Part shown: positions 38,563 through 47,624 of the stretch, piece after piece
How the letters are laid out: every line of letters begins with the position of its first letter
Position numbering within the stretch: the first letter of the stretch is position 1
Assembly (NCBI GenBank): GCA_965200315.1
Contig: OZ241362.1
Coordinates: forward strand, 928,001-992,000
Origin: Candidatus Latescibacterota bacterium
Lineage (GTDB): Bacteria > Latescibacterota > UBA2968 > UBA8231
DNA length: 64,000 nucleotides
Direction: 5' to 3'
The notes under the pieces: generated by a model
The model's database searches: none
What the model was told of the DNA's origin: nothing
Seen by the model: the letters and a program-made list of their open reading frames with translations, nothing else
Translations under genes and position numbers: made by a program

Positions 38563-39519
38563 GTGAAAATTCTAGTCCACTACCCATTCACCGACGAACA
38601 GCACGATCACTTGCGCCAGATAGCGCACGACAACGGCGGCCACGAAGTTTTTGTGGCCAACGACGATCAAGAGGCCCTCGCCGTAGCCAGCGAGATCGAC
38701 ATCATCGTCGGCCACTTCCCGCCCGCCGTCTGCGCCGCCGCTCCCAACCTGCGCTGGGTTCAGTCCTTTAGCACTGGCATGGATAAGTTCCTCTTCCCCG
38801 AAATCATCGCCCGCGACAAAGTCGCCATCTCCAACGTGGCCGGGCTATACGCCCCCCAAGGCGGCGAACACGCTTGGGCCTTGCTCCTCGCCCTGACGCG
38901 GGGCATCGATCGGTCGATTCGCCACAACGACCAGCGCAAGTGGGCTGGTGGAACTACCGTCGAGCTAACCGGACAGACGTTGGGCCTTGTGGGACTGGGG
39001 GGCTTTGGGCTTGAAATGGCCAAGCGGGCCGCCGGGTACGACATGCCGATCATCGCCATTGATCCGTTGCGCCGCGACCTGCCGCCGGGCGTTTCCGAAC
39101 TCAAGGACAACTCCCGCGAAAACCTGCACAGCCTCCTCCGCCGCGCCGACGTGGTGATGATGGCCTGTCCGCTCACCGCGGAGACGTACCACCTCATCGG
39201 GCGCGAGGAACTGGCACTAATGAAGAACAGTGCCTATCTGATCAACGTGACGCGGGGCGGCATCATCGACGAGAATGCTCTCTGCGAGGCCCTGCACGAC
39301 GAGCAGATCGCTGGTGCCGGTATCGACGTTACTGAAATCGAGCCGTTGCCTTCCGAATCGCCGCTGTGGGACGCGCCCAACATCATCCTCACCCCACATC
39401 GGGCCGGTGCTTCGCAGCATAGGCCGCGCAAGATCTACGAGTTCTTCTGCGCCCAATTAGAGCGCTATCTCAAGGGCGATCCGGTGCTCAACATCATCGA
39501 CAAGAAGAAGGGGTACTAG
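38563..39519 (+). CDS. D-isomer-specific 2-hydroxyacid dehydrogenase
   Basis: GLGGFG Rossmann motif, NVTRGG, DVTEIEPLP, LTPH; GTG start after GGAGG. Confidence 0.92.
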   Translation: MKILVHYPFTDEQHDHLRQIAHDNGGHEVFVANDDQEALAVASEIDIIVGHFPPAVCAAAPNLRWVQSFSTGMDKFLFPEIIARDKVAISNVAGLYAPQGGEHAWALLLALTRGIDRSIRHNDQRKWAGGTTVELTGQTLGLVGLGGFGLEMAKRAAGYDMPIIAIDPLRRDLPPGVSELKDNSRENLHSLLRRADVVMMACPLTAETYHLIGREELALMKNSAYLINVTRGGIIDENALCEALHDEQIAGAGIDVTEIEPLPSESPLWDAPNIILTPHRAGASQHRPRKIYEFFCAQLERYLKGDPVLNIIDKKKGY

Positions 39520-39559
39520 GGAGTAAAAGCGGGATATTGTACAGGTAGGAGACTCATTT

Positions 39560-39894
39560 CATTCACCATTCGGAAACCGGAAACGGTCAACGTCAACTTC
39601 CCGATGACGACGATCAGATGCCGAGCGGCGAGTTGCCTGTATGGACTGGCCCCTTTTCTCGAGGATATTCTCCATCGCCACATCGACGAATCGGAATGGG
39701 AAGAAGCCGACGAGACGGAATCTGTCCCCGCAGGCGATACCGTCCATCCAATCCAATCACAAATCCAGACCATTCTTAAAAAAGCGCAAGCACTCGACCC
39801 GCACGACCCAAAGCTCGCCGCCCTGCGCAAAATCATCCAAGACAAGCAAATTGACCATACCATCCGCAACTCACGCCTTTCTAAGAACCGATGA
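39560..39894 (+). pseudogene. Internal fragment of an SNF2-related helicase (linker region)
   Basis: FTIRKPETVNV / MTTIR..AASCLYGLAPFLEDIL / DPKLAALRKIIQDKQ recalled as resembling the inter-RecA linker of SNF2-like helicases; no helicase motifs remain. Confidence 0.5.
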
Positions 39895-41029
39895 TAAATT
39901 CGCGGTAATTCCCTTGATGGACGACCTCGAACGAACTATCGCGGTACGCTTGACGCCAGCCACGGGGTGCCCGGACGGTGGCTTGAGGCGACCACTTCAT
40001 TTCAACGGCGTGCAGACTCCCTCCCCACTCCTCAATCAAGTCGATCTCCTGCTGGTCGTAGGTGCGCCAGAAATAACTCTCGGCCAAGCGCCCCGTGTAT
40101 AGGTTGAACTTCAGTCGTTCGACCAAGACATAGTTCTCCCACAAGGCCCCCACATCGTCGCGCAGCGACAGACCATTGAAGTTGTTGATCAGTCCGTTCC
40201 TAATGCCATTGTCGTAAAAATAGTAGCGCCGGCTCTTGGTAATTTCCTTGCGGAGATTGCGGCTGAAGCCGCGGCGGCTATAGAGGATATAGACTTTTTC
40301 GAGCAGGTCGAGATAGCGCTCCACCGTGTTCTTGTTCATGCCTAGTTGGGTTCCCAATTCCGCCACGGAAACCTCGCGGCCAATCTGAAAAGCAAGCAAC
40401 TGAAGCAAGCGGAGCAATTTGTCGGCGTGTCGAATGCCTTCCAACTGTAGAATATCTTTAAATAGATAGGAAGCGATTAGTTCCTTTATATAAAGCTGGC
40501 GGTCTTCGTTCGACTCCATCAGGACGACCTCCGGGTACGACCCGTAGATCAACCGCAGTTCGAGCTGAGCCCTAGTCTGGTGAGCTGTTTCCACCTCCTG
40601 TAGTTCGAGCTGAGCCAAGGGCAACAGCAGCAGCGTGTATTTGCGGCCCGTCAAAGGCTCGCCCGTCTGCTGCGCTAGGTCAAAGGAAGAAGAACCCGTG
40701 GCGATAATGCGCAGCCCTTCGACGTGATCGGCTAGTAGCTTCAAATTCAGGCCGATTTGCCGCACGTACTGGGCTTCGTCGATAATCAACGTACGCCGTT
40801 GGCCGATAAAGGCTCGCAATTTGACCAAGGATTGACTTTCCAAATAGTCGCGCACCGTTATATCTTCCCCAGTTACCAAGAGGGCGTCGCGGGCGTACTG
40901 TTGGACGTAATGCTGGATCAAGGTGGTCTTGCCCACCCGCCTAGGACCGTACACCACGGCGACTTTATTAGGGGTAGCCAAGTGCTTGAGTCGAGTAAGT
41001 TGTGCTTGGGGAATATAAATACCGGACAT
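39881..41029 (-). CDS. AAA_14 ATPase with DUF4143 C-terminal domain
   Basis: GPRRVGKTT, IDEAQ, ATGSSS, YFYDNGIRN, YFWRTYDQQEIDLI..EMK. Confidence 0.93.
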   Translation of the reverse strand: MSGIYIPQAQLTRLKHLATPNKVAVVYGPRRVGKTTLIQHYVQQYARDALLVTGEDITVRDYLESQSLVKLRAFIGQRRTLIIDEAQYVRQIGLNLKLLADHVEGLRIIATGSSSFDLAQQTGEPLTGRKYTLLLLPLAQLELQEVETAHQTRAQLELRLIYGSYPEVVLMESNEDRQLYIKELIASYLFKDILQLEGIRHADKLLRLLQLLAFQIGREVSVAELGTQLGMNKNTVERYLDLLEKVYILYSRRGFSRNLRKEITKSRRYYFYDNGIRNGLINNFNGLSLRDDVGALWENYVLVERLKFNLYTGRLAESYFWRTYDQQEIDLIEEWGGSLHAVEMKWSPQATVRAPRGWRQAYRDSSFEVVHQGNYREFIIGS

Positions 41030-41034
41030 GATAT

Positions 41035-41060
41035 TGACTGAATTAACGTCAATTCAGTCA
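41035..41060. promoter_or_regulatory. Operator-like inverted repeat between divergent ATPase and phyH
   Basis: TGACTGAATT-N6-AATTCAGTCA. Confidence 0.45.
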
Positions 41061-41094
41061 GTTGTCAAGCCCACAATTACAGGGTGAGAATCTG

Positions 41095-41850
41095 ATGGAA
41101 CTGGAAATAACCTCCCTGCACCAAGAACAGTACGAGCGCGACGGCTATACACTCGTCCGCGGCGGCTTTACCGCCGATGAGTGCGACCATTTTGTCGCCT
41201 ACATGATGGACCTCCACGCCGGCCGCTTCAGTGTCGAGGGCTATCCGCCGCGCCAGCCGGACGATTGGAGCCGCTTAATCAGCCGCAGCCTGCACCATCC
41301 GGCCGGCCTAGCTTGGATGCTCGATCTGAGGCTGCGCCAGCCGCTGCGCACCTTCTTAGGCGACGAACCCGACGGAGTCCAGAGCATGTACTTTTACAAG
41401 GGTTCCGAGCAACGCCGGCACCAAGACGCCTTTTTCCTGCCGGGCTGCATGTCGGCTTGGGTCGCTCTCCAGCAAGTCAGCGCACGCAACGGCAGCATTC
41501 ACATTCAGGTAGGCTCTCACAAGGGAGAGCTAATAGAAAAGCGCCATTTCCGCCGCGCTGAAAACGGCGAGTTAAGCCCTTGGTATGGCTGGGACCCGGA
41601 CGAGGCTTTTGACACCCTTTTCGCACGCAACGGGTTGCCGGAAATTGCCATTGAAGCGGATAAAGGCGATATCGTGTTCTTCAACGGTCGCTTAATCCAT
41701 CGCGGTGGCCCCATTTTGGCCGAGGGCGCTTTCCGCCATAGCTGGGCCGGCCACTACATTCCCCGTTCCTACAATCCGTGGCCCTACGAGAGCCACCCCC
41801 GGTTGCGCGTCTCCTTCGACGGCGTGTGCCGCTTCACACCTACCCATTGA
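41095..41850 (+). CDS. PhyH-family Fe/2OG dioxygenase
   Basis: HQDAF, WVAL...NGS...GSH, HRGG...R. Confidence 0.9.
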   Translation: MELEITSLHQEQYERDGYTLVRGGFTADECDHFVAYMMDLHAGRFSVEGYPPRQPDDWSRLISRSLHHPAGLAWMLDLRLRQPLRTFLGDEPDGVQSMYFYKGSEQRRHQDAFFLPGCMSAWVALQQVSARNGSIHIQVGSHKGELIEKRHFRRAENGELSPWYGWDPDEAFDTLFARNGLPEIAIEADKGDIVFFNGRLIHRGGPILAEGAFRHSWAGHYIPRSYNPWPYESHPRLRVSFDGVCRFTPTH

Positions 41851-41869
41851 AAGAGGAAGGAGGTTGACC

Positions 41870-43240
41870 ATGAAGCTGTGGATGGATGTAATGCGCGATC
41901 TCGAGAGCGTGATGAACGATCACGAGCGCATACTTGATGCTTGGGCGGAGGGCGGCGTCGACGGCGTCGTGTTTGGTCCGCTCGTTTTCGGCACGGCGAA
42001 ACTATCGAAAGATACCGTGGCCGCTCCCACCGGCGATGTCGTGGCCGAAGCGTACGATCCGAATCCGGCGGTGTACGCGCGCCTCGGCGTCGAGCCGCCG
42101 CCACCGCCGCAACATAAGCTGCCCGAGAAAAGGGCCTTGCTAGAAAAGACGATGCAGGCCGCCAAAGACCGCGGCATGCAGGTCTATTGTATGTACGCCG
42201 ATGGCGGTGCCGGTCCAGGCGGCGAGGGGCATCATCTGCACGACGACAAGACGCTGGCATCGCGAGTAGCGCGCATGGTCGATACCCTTGAGCACTTCCC
42301 GATGGCGGACGGTGCCGTGATGGACGGACCAGAGTGGGGGTACGAAATCGCCCCCCATCACATGAACCACCGCTCCTATTTCTTCCACGACCTGCCGGAG
42401 TCTGTAGCACCGATGGCCGCGGATCTGGGGTACGACTACGGAGCTATGGTAGCCGCCAAAGACAGGCTGCTGTCCTTGTTCCACAACCTCAACCCGGTGC
42501 GCCTGCGCGGACACGCTCGCGGCGGCCTAGTCGGCTCCTACCGCATGCTTGGGGCCGACCCGGACCTGATGGCTTGGCTGTCGTTCCGGGCCGACTCGCT
42601 GACTCGTTATTTTCGCCGCATCCGCGCAGGCGTCGCCGCCGAACTAGAGCGCCCGGTGCGCTTAGGATGTGGCCCCCGCTCGGCCGCCTTCGCGCCCTTG
42701 TGTGGGTACGATTTTGTCGATTTGGCTCAGTTCATGGATTTCCTGCTGCCGAAGCACTACTTCTTTCACCGCGGCTTCGACGGCTTCCTCGGCACGGTTT
42801 ACCGCTACTCGCAGACGCTCTTGGAGTGGAATCCGGGGCTTAGTGTGGCCGACACCCTCAATGTCGTGGAAGCGCTCTTCGGCATCGTCCTGCCGGGCGT
42901 GGGCGACGACCTGCTCGACTTCGAGAGTGCCCTCAGTCCGGAGTTTTTCGCGCAAGTGGTAACACAGGAGACGCGGCGGGCGCTGGCCTCTGTCGATGAC
43001 CCCGAGCGCATCGTGCCCTGGCTCGACAGCGGCCGTTTTCCCCACGATGGCGACCCGATGTCGGCGCGCGACCTCAAGATGTTACTCGACGCCGCTGAAG
43101 CCGCAGGGCTCCGGCGCTTCAACTACCACCACCAAGGGAACCTCAGTCCGGGTGAATGGGTGGTTATCAGCGACAAATGCGGAACCCGCTGGGACCCGCG
43201 CAAAAGCGATTACGAGCCGCCAGACGAGCTGGTGTTGTAG
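41870..43240 (+). CDS. Hypothetical protein (456 aa; possibly TIM-barrel/glycoside-hydrolase-like)
   Basis: Long ORF with GGAGG SD and host-like codon usage; DGPEWGYEI motif; terminator follows. Confidence 0.75.
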   Translation: MKLWMDVMRDLESVMNDHERILDAWAEGGVDGVVFGPLVFGTAKLSKDTVAAPTGDVVAEAYDPNPAVYARLGVEPPPPPQHKLPEKRALLEKTMQAAKDRGMQVYCMYADGGAGPGGEGHHLHDDKTLASRVARMVDTLEHFPMADGAVMDGPEWGYEIAPHHMNHRSYFFHDLPESVAPMAADLGYDYGAMVAAKDRLLSLFHNLNPVRLRGHARGGLVGSYRMLGADPDLMAWLSFRADSLTRYFRRIRAGVAAELERPVRLGCGPRSAAFAPLCGYDFVDLAQFMDFLLPKHYFFHRGFDGFLGTVYRYSQTLLEWNPGLSVADTLNVVEALFGIVLPGVGDDLLDFESALSPEFFAQVVTQETRRALASVDDPERIVPWLDSGRFPHDGDPMSARDLKMLLDAAEAAGLRRFNYHHQGNLSPGEWVVISDKCGTRWDPRKSDYEPPDELVL

Positions 43241-43277
43241 GGCCACGCTTCAGACCAAGTGCGGAACATTAGTACAT

Positions 43278-43313
43278 AAAAAGAGCCGCGAGCATAACTC
43301 GCGGCTCTTTTTT
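43278..43313 (+). terminator. Intrinsic (bidirectional) terminator
   Basis: AAAAAGAGCCGCGAG-N5-CTCGCGGCTCTTTTTT. Confidence 0.85.
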
Positions 43314-43351
43314 GCTGCGGCAGGTTGAAATCAACCGCGTTATCCGTCTAT

Positions 43352-43800
43352 TCAGGATCGCCGGCCGAATCCGTGCCGGGGGAGGGGGGATAAAAGTTTG
43401 CGCCGAAGAGAAAAGGTTGTCCGCCTAAAAAATCTGGCGCACTGTACAGCTCGACATATTAGCGTGTACGAGCCGGTCTCTTCGTCACCTTCGATGGCCG
43501 GATTGTCAAAGTAATACTCGACAAAGCCGCCCCCTTCCCCACCCACGCGGATCATCTCCTGTATGAATTTAACCCCATTGACGTCCTCGAGCTCCCATAC
43601 CCTTTGGTCCATTTGGGATAGATCGACCCCGTGGAAGAGCATAGCGGTCCGCTCTTGGGCAACCAAGAGAACAAAGAGATAAATATCGTCTTGTCGCCAC
43701 GTATCGTTGGTCTGCAATATATCGGCCATAAGAGGAGAGAAGCCAGCGATTGCACTAAACTCAATCGCGTCTTGGACGAAGGCCTTCAGGAGTAGCACCA
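43352..43800 (-). pseudogene. Cache-domain (sCache-like) gene remnant
   Basis: LKAFVQDA, IYLFV, MLFHG, EDVNGVKFIQEMI, GGGFVEYYFDNPAIEGD; no credible start and the C-terminus degenerates. Confidence 0.55.
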
Positions 43801-44195
43801 CCCCGACGCCACCCCCCCGGGATCGAGGGCATCCTGCCCTCGAAATACGCCACACCCCCAGCCGACGCGACCGCCCAGCCGACCGACGGGCGCGGTAAAA
43901 GTGCTTCTGATGGCCCCTATAGCAAGCCTACCTGTTGTGCTCTCATCGACTTGGCACCGCCGGTGGCTGGTGGTCCGTACGTGCGTCCTTGGAGAGGCAG
44001 GCCAGCGGGCGAGACGCCCGCGCACTCAGCGATGCGTCGCATCTCACGAGTGATGTAGGATGGCTATAACTACCTGTGCAAGACAGCCAAACGATCCGGC
44101 AATAAGTCAAGCTGCTGGTACGGACATCGAACAGGACGCTGGAGTGCTCGTGGCCCTATAGGAGCCACTCCGCTGAAAACAGCTTCGTCGCTTCT

Positions 44196-44585
44196 TTATG
44201 GGGTATGGTCGCTTGCTGAGGAAGCTTGGTAGGCGGTGTATTTGAGGTTTTTGCCCCGGGCCTTTTCCACTGGATAGCGCTGGGCCGAAATGGCCAATTT
44301 CTCCTCGAGCATCTGCGCGGCGTCCAAGCCGAAGCGGTCGCACATCAGCAGGACAAAGTACAGCGCGTCGGCCAGCTCGTGGCCGATGGCCCGGCGGAAG
44401 GATTCGTCTTCTAAGCGGGTGGCGATCTCTTGGTCGGAGCGGAAGCGGAAGTGCTCCAAAACTTCGGCCGCTTCGGTAGAAAGACCAATGGCCAAGTCCT
44501 TGGGCGTGTGGAATTGCGCCCAGTCGCGCTCGGCCACAAAGCGGCGAATTTCGGCGGTGAGCTGGGCCAGCGTGGCTTCGCTCAT
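44196..44585 (-). CDS. MazG-like nucleotide pyrophosphohydrolase (dCTPase-like)
   Basis: RDWAQFHTPKDLAIGLSTEAAEVLE, ELAD, RYPVEKARG. Confidence 0.92.
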   Translation of the reverse strand: MSEATLAQLTAEIRRFVAERDWAQFHTPKDLAIGLSTEAAEVLEHFRFRSDQEIATRLEDESFRRAIGHELADALYFVLLMCDRFGLDAAQMLEEKLAISAQRYPVEKARGKNLKYTAYQASSASDHTP

Positions 44586-45736
44586 GGGCCCAAGTCCCTC
44601 ACTAGCCGAACCCCAACGTGGCTAAAGCGCCGCTCGGGCGCGTTCCAACAGCGCTGGGCCGAGCGGGAAAGCGCAGCCGCATCCTTAAAGCTGCCGCCGC
44701 GAAACACCCGAGCTGTACCTTCGCTCGGCCCTTGAGGGTCGGTCTGCGGCCCCTCCGGGTAGGCACCCAGCCAGTCGCCTACCCATTCCCACACATTGCC
44801 GTGCATATCGTATAGCCCCCAAGGGTTGGGCGCTTTTAAGCCCACTGGCTGCGCGGCCATCCGCCTAATGAGGGCGACATTGTCCGTCCACCAAGCGTGG
44901 TGCTCCAGCTCCTTTTCGACCGCTCCAAAAGACCACGGCGTCTTCGTGCCCGCCCGCCCAGCGTACTCCCACTCGGCTTCAGTAGGCAGCCGGTACACCT
45001 GCACATCGGCTGCGGCGTTGAGAGCGGCTATGAATGCTCGCACCTCTTCCCAAGAGATGTACACGGCCGGGCGGTCGGGTTCCTCTTCTATTTCGTCGGC
45101 GTAGCGGCTCCACGGCCGCTTTCCAGTAACAGCCGTCCACTGGTGCTGGGTGATTTCGCACTGACTTAGGTAGAAACCCCGGGTTAGGCGCACCTCGCGC
45201 TGAGGACCTTCGTCGTCGTTGCGGCCCGGCTCGTCCAGCGGCGAACCCATGGTGAAGACACCCGGCTCGACCCACACCATATTTAGCGGTACGCCCGGGG
45301 CTAACTCTACGGTAATCGGGGGCTGCGAGCGGGCAGGCGATGGCGCAACAACGAGGGTAAGGCCGAGGGGAACAGACTGCCCCGGTGCCAGATCGAGCTT
45401 GGCCGAGCCGCTGGCCACTAAGGCACCGGCCGCATCGTAACCGGCCACCGCAAACAACCTCGCGGCACCCGCCGGAATCTCGGAGACTGTACCGACAATG
45501 CGATCCCCAACCACGGCCAATGCCCGGCGCATGGCTGGCATAGCGACCCCCGTGACCACGACCTCGACTTGGGCGAGCCGAGCGGCCACCTCTGAGTCCA
45601 CCCTAGCGGTCAGCAGCACGGCTGCGCTGGCCTCTTCTTCAGCCGCTGTGGGGGCCGGGCGACCATCTCCACAAGCCAGCAGCCCTAAGAGGGCGATTAG
45701 CAGCAGGCTGGAGCCTATTTTCAAGTAGGGGTGCAT
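44582..45736 (-). CDS. Lipoprotein with C-terminal FGE/sulfatase-modifying-factor domain
   Basis: Lipobox LLAC; FTMGS, RLPTEAEWEYA, NPWGLYDMHGNVWEW, RGGSF. Confidence 0.9.
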   Translation of the reverse strand: MHPYLKIGSSLLLIALLGLLACGDGRPAPTAAEEEASAAVLLTARVDSEVAARLAQVEVVVTGVAMPAMRRALAVVGDRIVGTVSEIPAGAARLFAVAGYDAAGALVASGSAKLDLAPGQSVPLGLTLVVAPSPARSQPPITVELAPGVPLNMVWVEPGVFTMGSPLDEPGRNDDEGPQREVRLTRGFYLSQCEITQHQWTAVTGKRPWSRYADEIEEEPDRPAVYISWEEVRAFIAALNAAADVQVYRLPTEAEWEYAGRAGTKTPWSFGAVEKELEHHAWWTDNVALIRRMAAQPVGLKAPNPWGLYDMHGNVWEWVGDWLGAYPEGPQTDPQGPSEGTARVFRGGSFKDAAALSRSAQRCWNAPERRFSHVGVRLVRDLGP

Positions 45737-45791
45737 ATTTATATTGTAATACAAGGTCCGCCCGCCGCAATCCGCCTAACGTCCAAACCTC

Positions 45792-47594
45792 ATGTGCCCA
45801 TCCGCAGTTTCCTCTCAACCAGCCCGCCGCACTTGGCTCGTGCCGGCCCTCTTACTGGTGGGGCTAACCGTCGGGGCCTATATACCGGCGCTGAATGGCG
45901 GTTTTGTCTGGGACGACGACGACTACGTGCAGGACAACCTCACCCTGCGCTCGCTAGCGGGGCTGGGGCAGATTTGGTTCCAGCCGGGAGCCACGCGCCA
46001 ATACTACCCGCTGGTCCATACGACCTATTGGCTTGAATACCGGCTGTGGGGCTTGGACCCAACCGGCTACCACGTGGTCAACGTACTACTGCACGCCCTG
46101 AGTGCCGTTTTGGTCTGGCGGCTGCTCATTCGCCTACAAGTACCCGGCGCTTGGGCTGCGGCCGCCCTGTTTGCCCTGCATCCAGTCCACGTCGAGTCGG
46201 TGGCGTGGATTACCGAGCGCAAGAACGCGTTGTCCGGCGCATTCTATCTGAGTGCAGCATGGGCCTATCTGCGCTGCGAAGAAGCGCGAAGCCCTCGCCT
46301 GTACTGGGCCGCGTTGTTCCTTTTTGCCGCGGCCCTGCTCAGCAAGACCGTCACCTGCACCCTGCCGGCCGCCCTGTTGCTGGTGCTGTGGTGGAAGGGC
46401 CAAACGCCAATGCGGCGCACGGCCGTAGCCCTCGGGCCTTTTTTTGCCCTAGGGGTGGCCATGAGCGCGGTGACAGTGTGGATGGAGAGGCACAGCGTCG
46501 GTGCTTGGGGGCCAGAGTGGGACTTATCGCTGGTGGAGCGCGGCCTGATAGCCGGGCGGGCACTGTGGTTTTACGCGGCGAAACTCCTCGTGCCGCTCGA
46601 CCTTGCGTTTATCTACCCCCGCTGGGAAATCGAGGCGACCGCGGTCTGGCCCTATCTCTATCCGGCCGGGGCCTTGGGCGTCGGTGCTCTGCTGTGGGCC
46701 TTGCGGGAGCACTGGGGGCGGGGGCCGTTGACCGGGGTGTTGTTTTTTGTCGGCACCCTAACGCCAGCACTGGGCTTTTTTAACTTCTACCCCATGCTCT
46801 ACTCCTTTGTCGCCGACCACTTCCAATACTTGGCCAGTCTGGGGCTTTTGGCGCTGGCCGCGGCTGGTGGGCAGCACCTGTGGACGCGGCTGGGCCAGCC
46901 GGCGACCGGACCCGTCGCACTGGCGTTGGTCTTGGCCGTCTGCGCTCTGCTCACTTGGCGGCAAGGGCGGGTCTATGCCGATTTGGAGACCTTGTGGCGC
47001 GATACCCTGCAAAAAAACGCCGGCGCTTGGATCGCCCACAACAATCTGGCCAATATCCTCAAAGAGCGCGGCCAGCTCGACCAAGCCATCGGCCATTATC
47101 GGCAAGCTCTATTGCTAAAGCCCGGCAGCGCACAAATTCACCTCAACCTCGCCGCCGCGCACCGCGCCCGGGGCGAGCCGGCCGCCGCACTGCGCCACTA
47201 CCGCCGAGCCTTAGCGGCCGAGCCGGACCGCGTCGAAACCCACCTCAAGCTGGGCAACGCCCTCCTCGGCCAAAACGCGGTCGCCGAGGCCATTGACCAC
47301 TACCGCCGCGCCCTCCGGCTGGCCCCCGACCTCGCCTTGGTCCACAGCAATCTGGGCGCGGCCTTGGCGCTCCAACGACAGGACGCCGAGGCCATCGGCC
47401 ACTACCGCCGCGCCCTCCAACTCAAACCGGACTTTGCCGAAGCGCACAACAATTTGGGGCGGATCTTGGCACTCCGCGGTCAGTTCGCCGAGGCCATCGG
47501 CCACTACCGCCGCGCCCTCCAACTCAAACCCACCTATCGCCAAGCCCGTGCCAATCTCGTCGCGGCTCTGCAAGCGGTGGGGGCTGGCCCTTGA
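45792..47594 (+). CDS. TMTC-like GT-C glycosyltransferase with C-terminal TPR repeats
   Basis: FVWDDDDYV, GYHVVNVLLH, HPVHVESVAWITERK, ADHFQYL; about five TPRs (AIGHYRRAL). Confidence 0.88.
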   Translation: MCPSAVSSQPARRTWLVPALLLVGLTVGAYIPALNGGFVWDDDDYVQDNLTLRSLAGLGQIWFQPGATRQYYPLVHTTYWLEYRLWGLDPTGYHVVNVLLHALSAVLVWRLLIRLQVPGAWAAAALFALHPVHVESVAWITERKNALSGAFYLSAAWAYLRCEEARSPRLYWAALFLFAAALLSKTVTCTLPAALLLVLWWKGQTPMRRTAVALGPFFALGVAMSAVTVWMERHSVGAWGPEWDLSLVERGLIAGRALWFYAAKLLVPLDLAFIYPRWEIEATAVWPYLYPAGALGVGALLWALREHWGRGPLTGVLFFVGTLTPALGFFNFYPMLYSFVADHFQYLASLGLLALAAAGGQHLWTRLGQPATGPVALALVLAVCALLTWRQGRVYADLETLWRDTLQKNAGAWIAHNNLANILKERGQLDQAIGHYRQALLLKPGSAQIHLNLAAAHRARGEPAAALRHYRRALAAEPDRVETHLKLGNALLGQNAVAEAIDHYRRALRLAPDLALVHSNLGAALALQRQDAEAIGHYRRALQLKPDFAEAHNNLGRILALRGQFAEAIGHYRRALQLKPTYRQARANLVAALQAVGAGP

Positions 47595-47624
47595 GAACCG
47601 GGCCGTCAGACTGGAGCTGATCGC

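Noticed and set aside
41705-41869. N-terminal extension of the 511-aa ORF
   Set aside because: It overlaps phyH, and the SD-supported start is the ATG at 41870.
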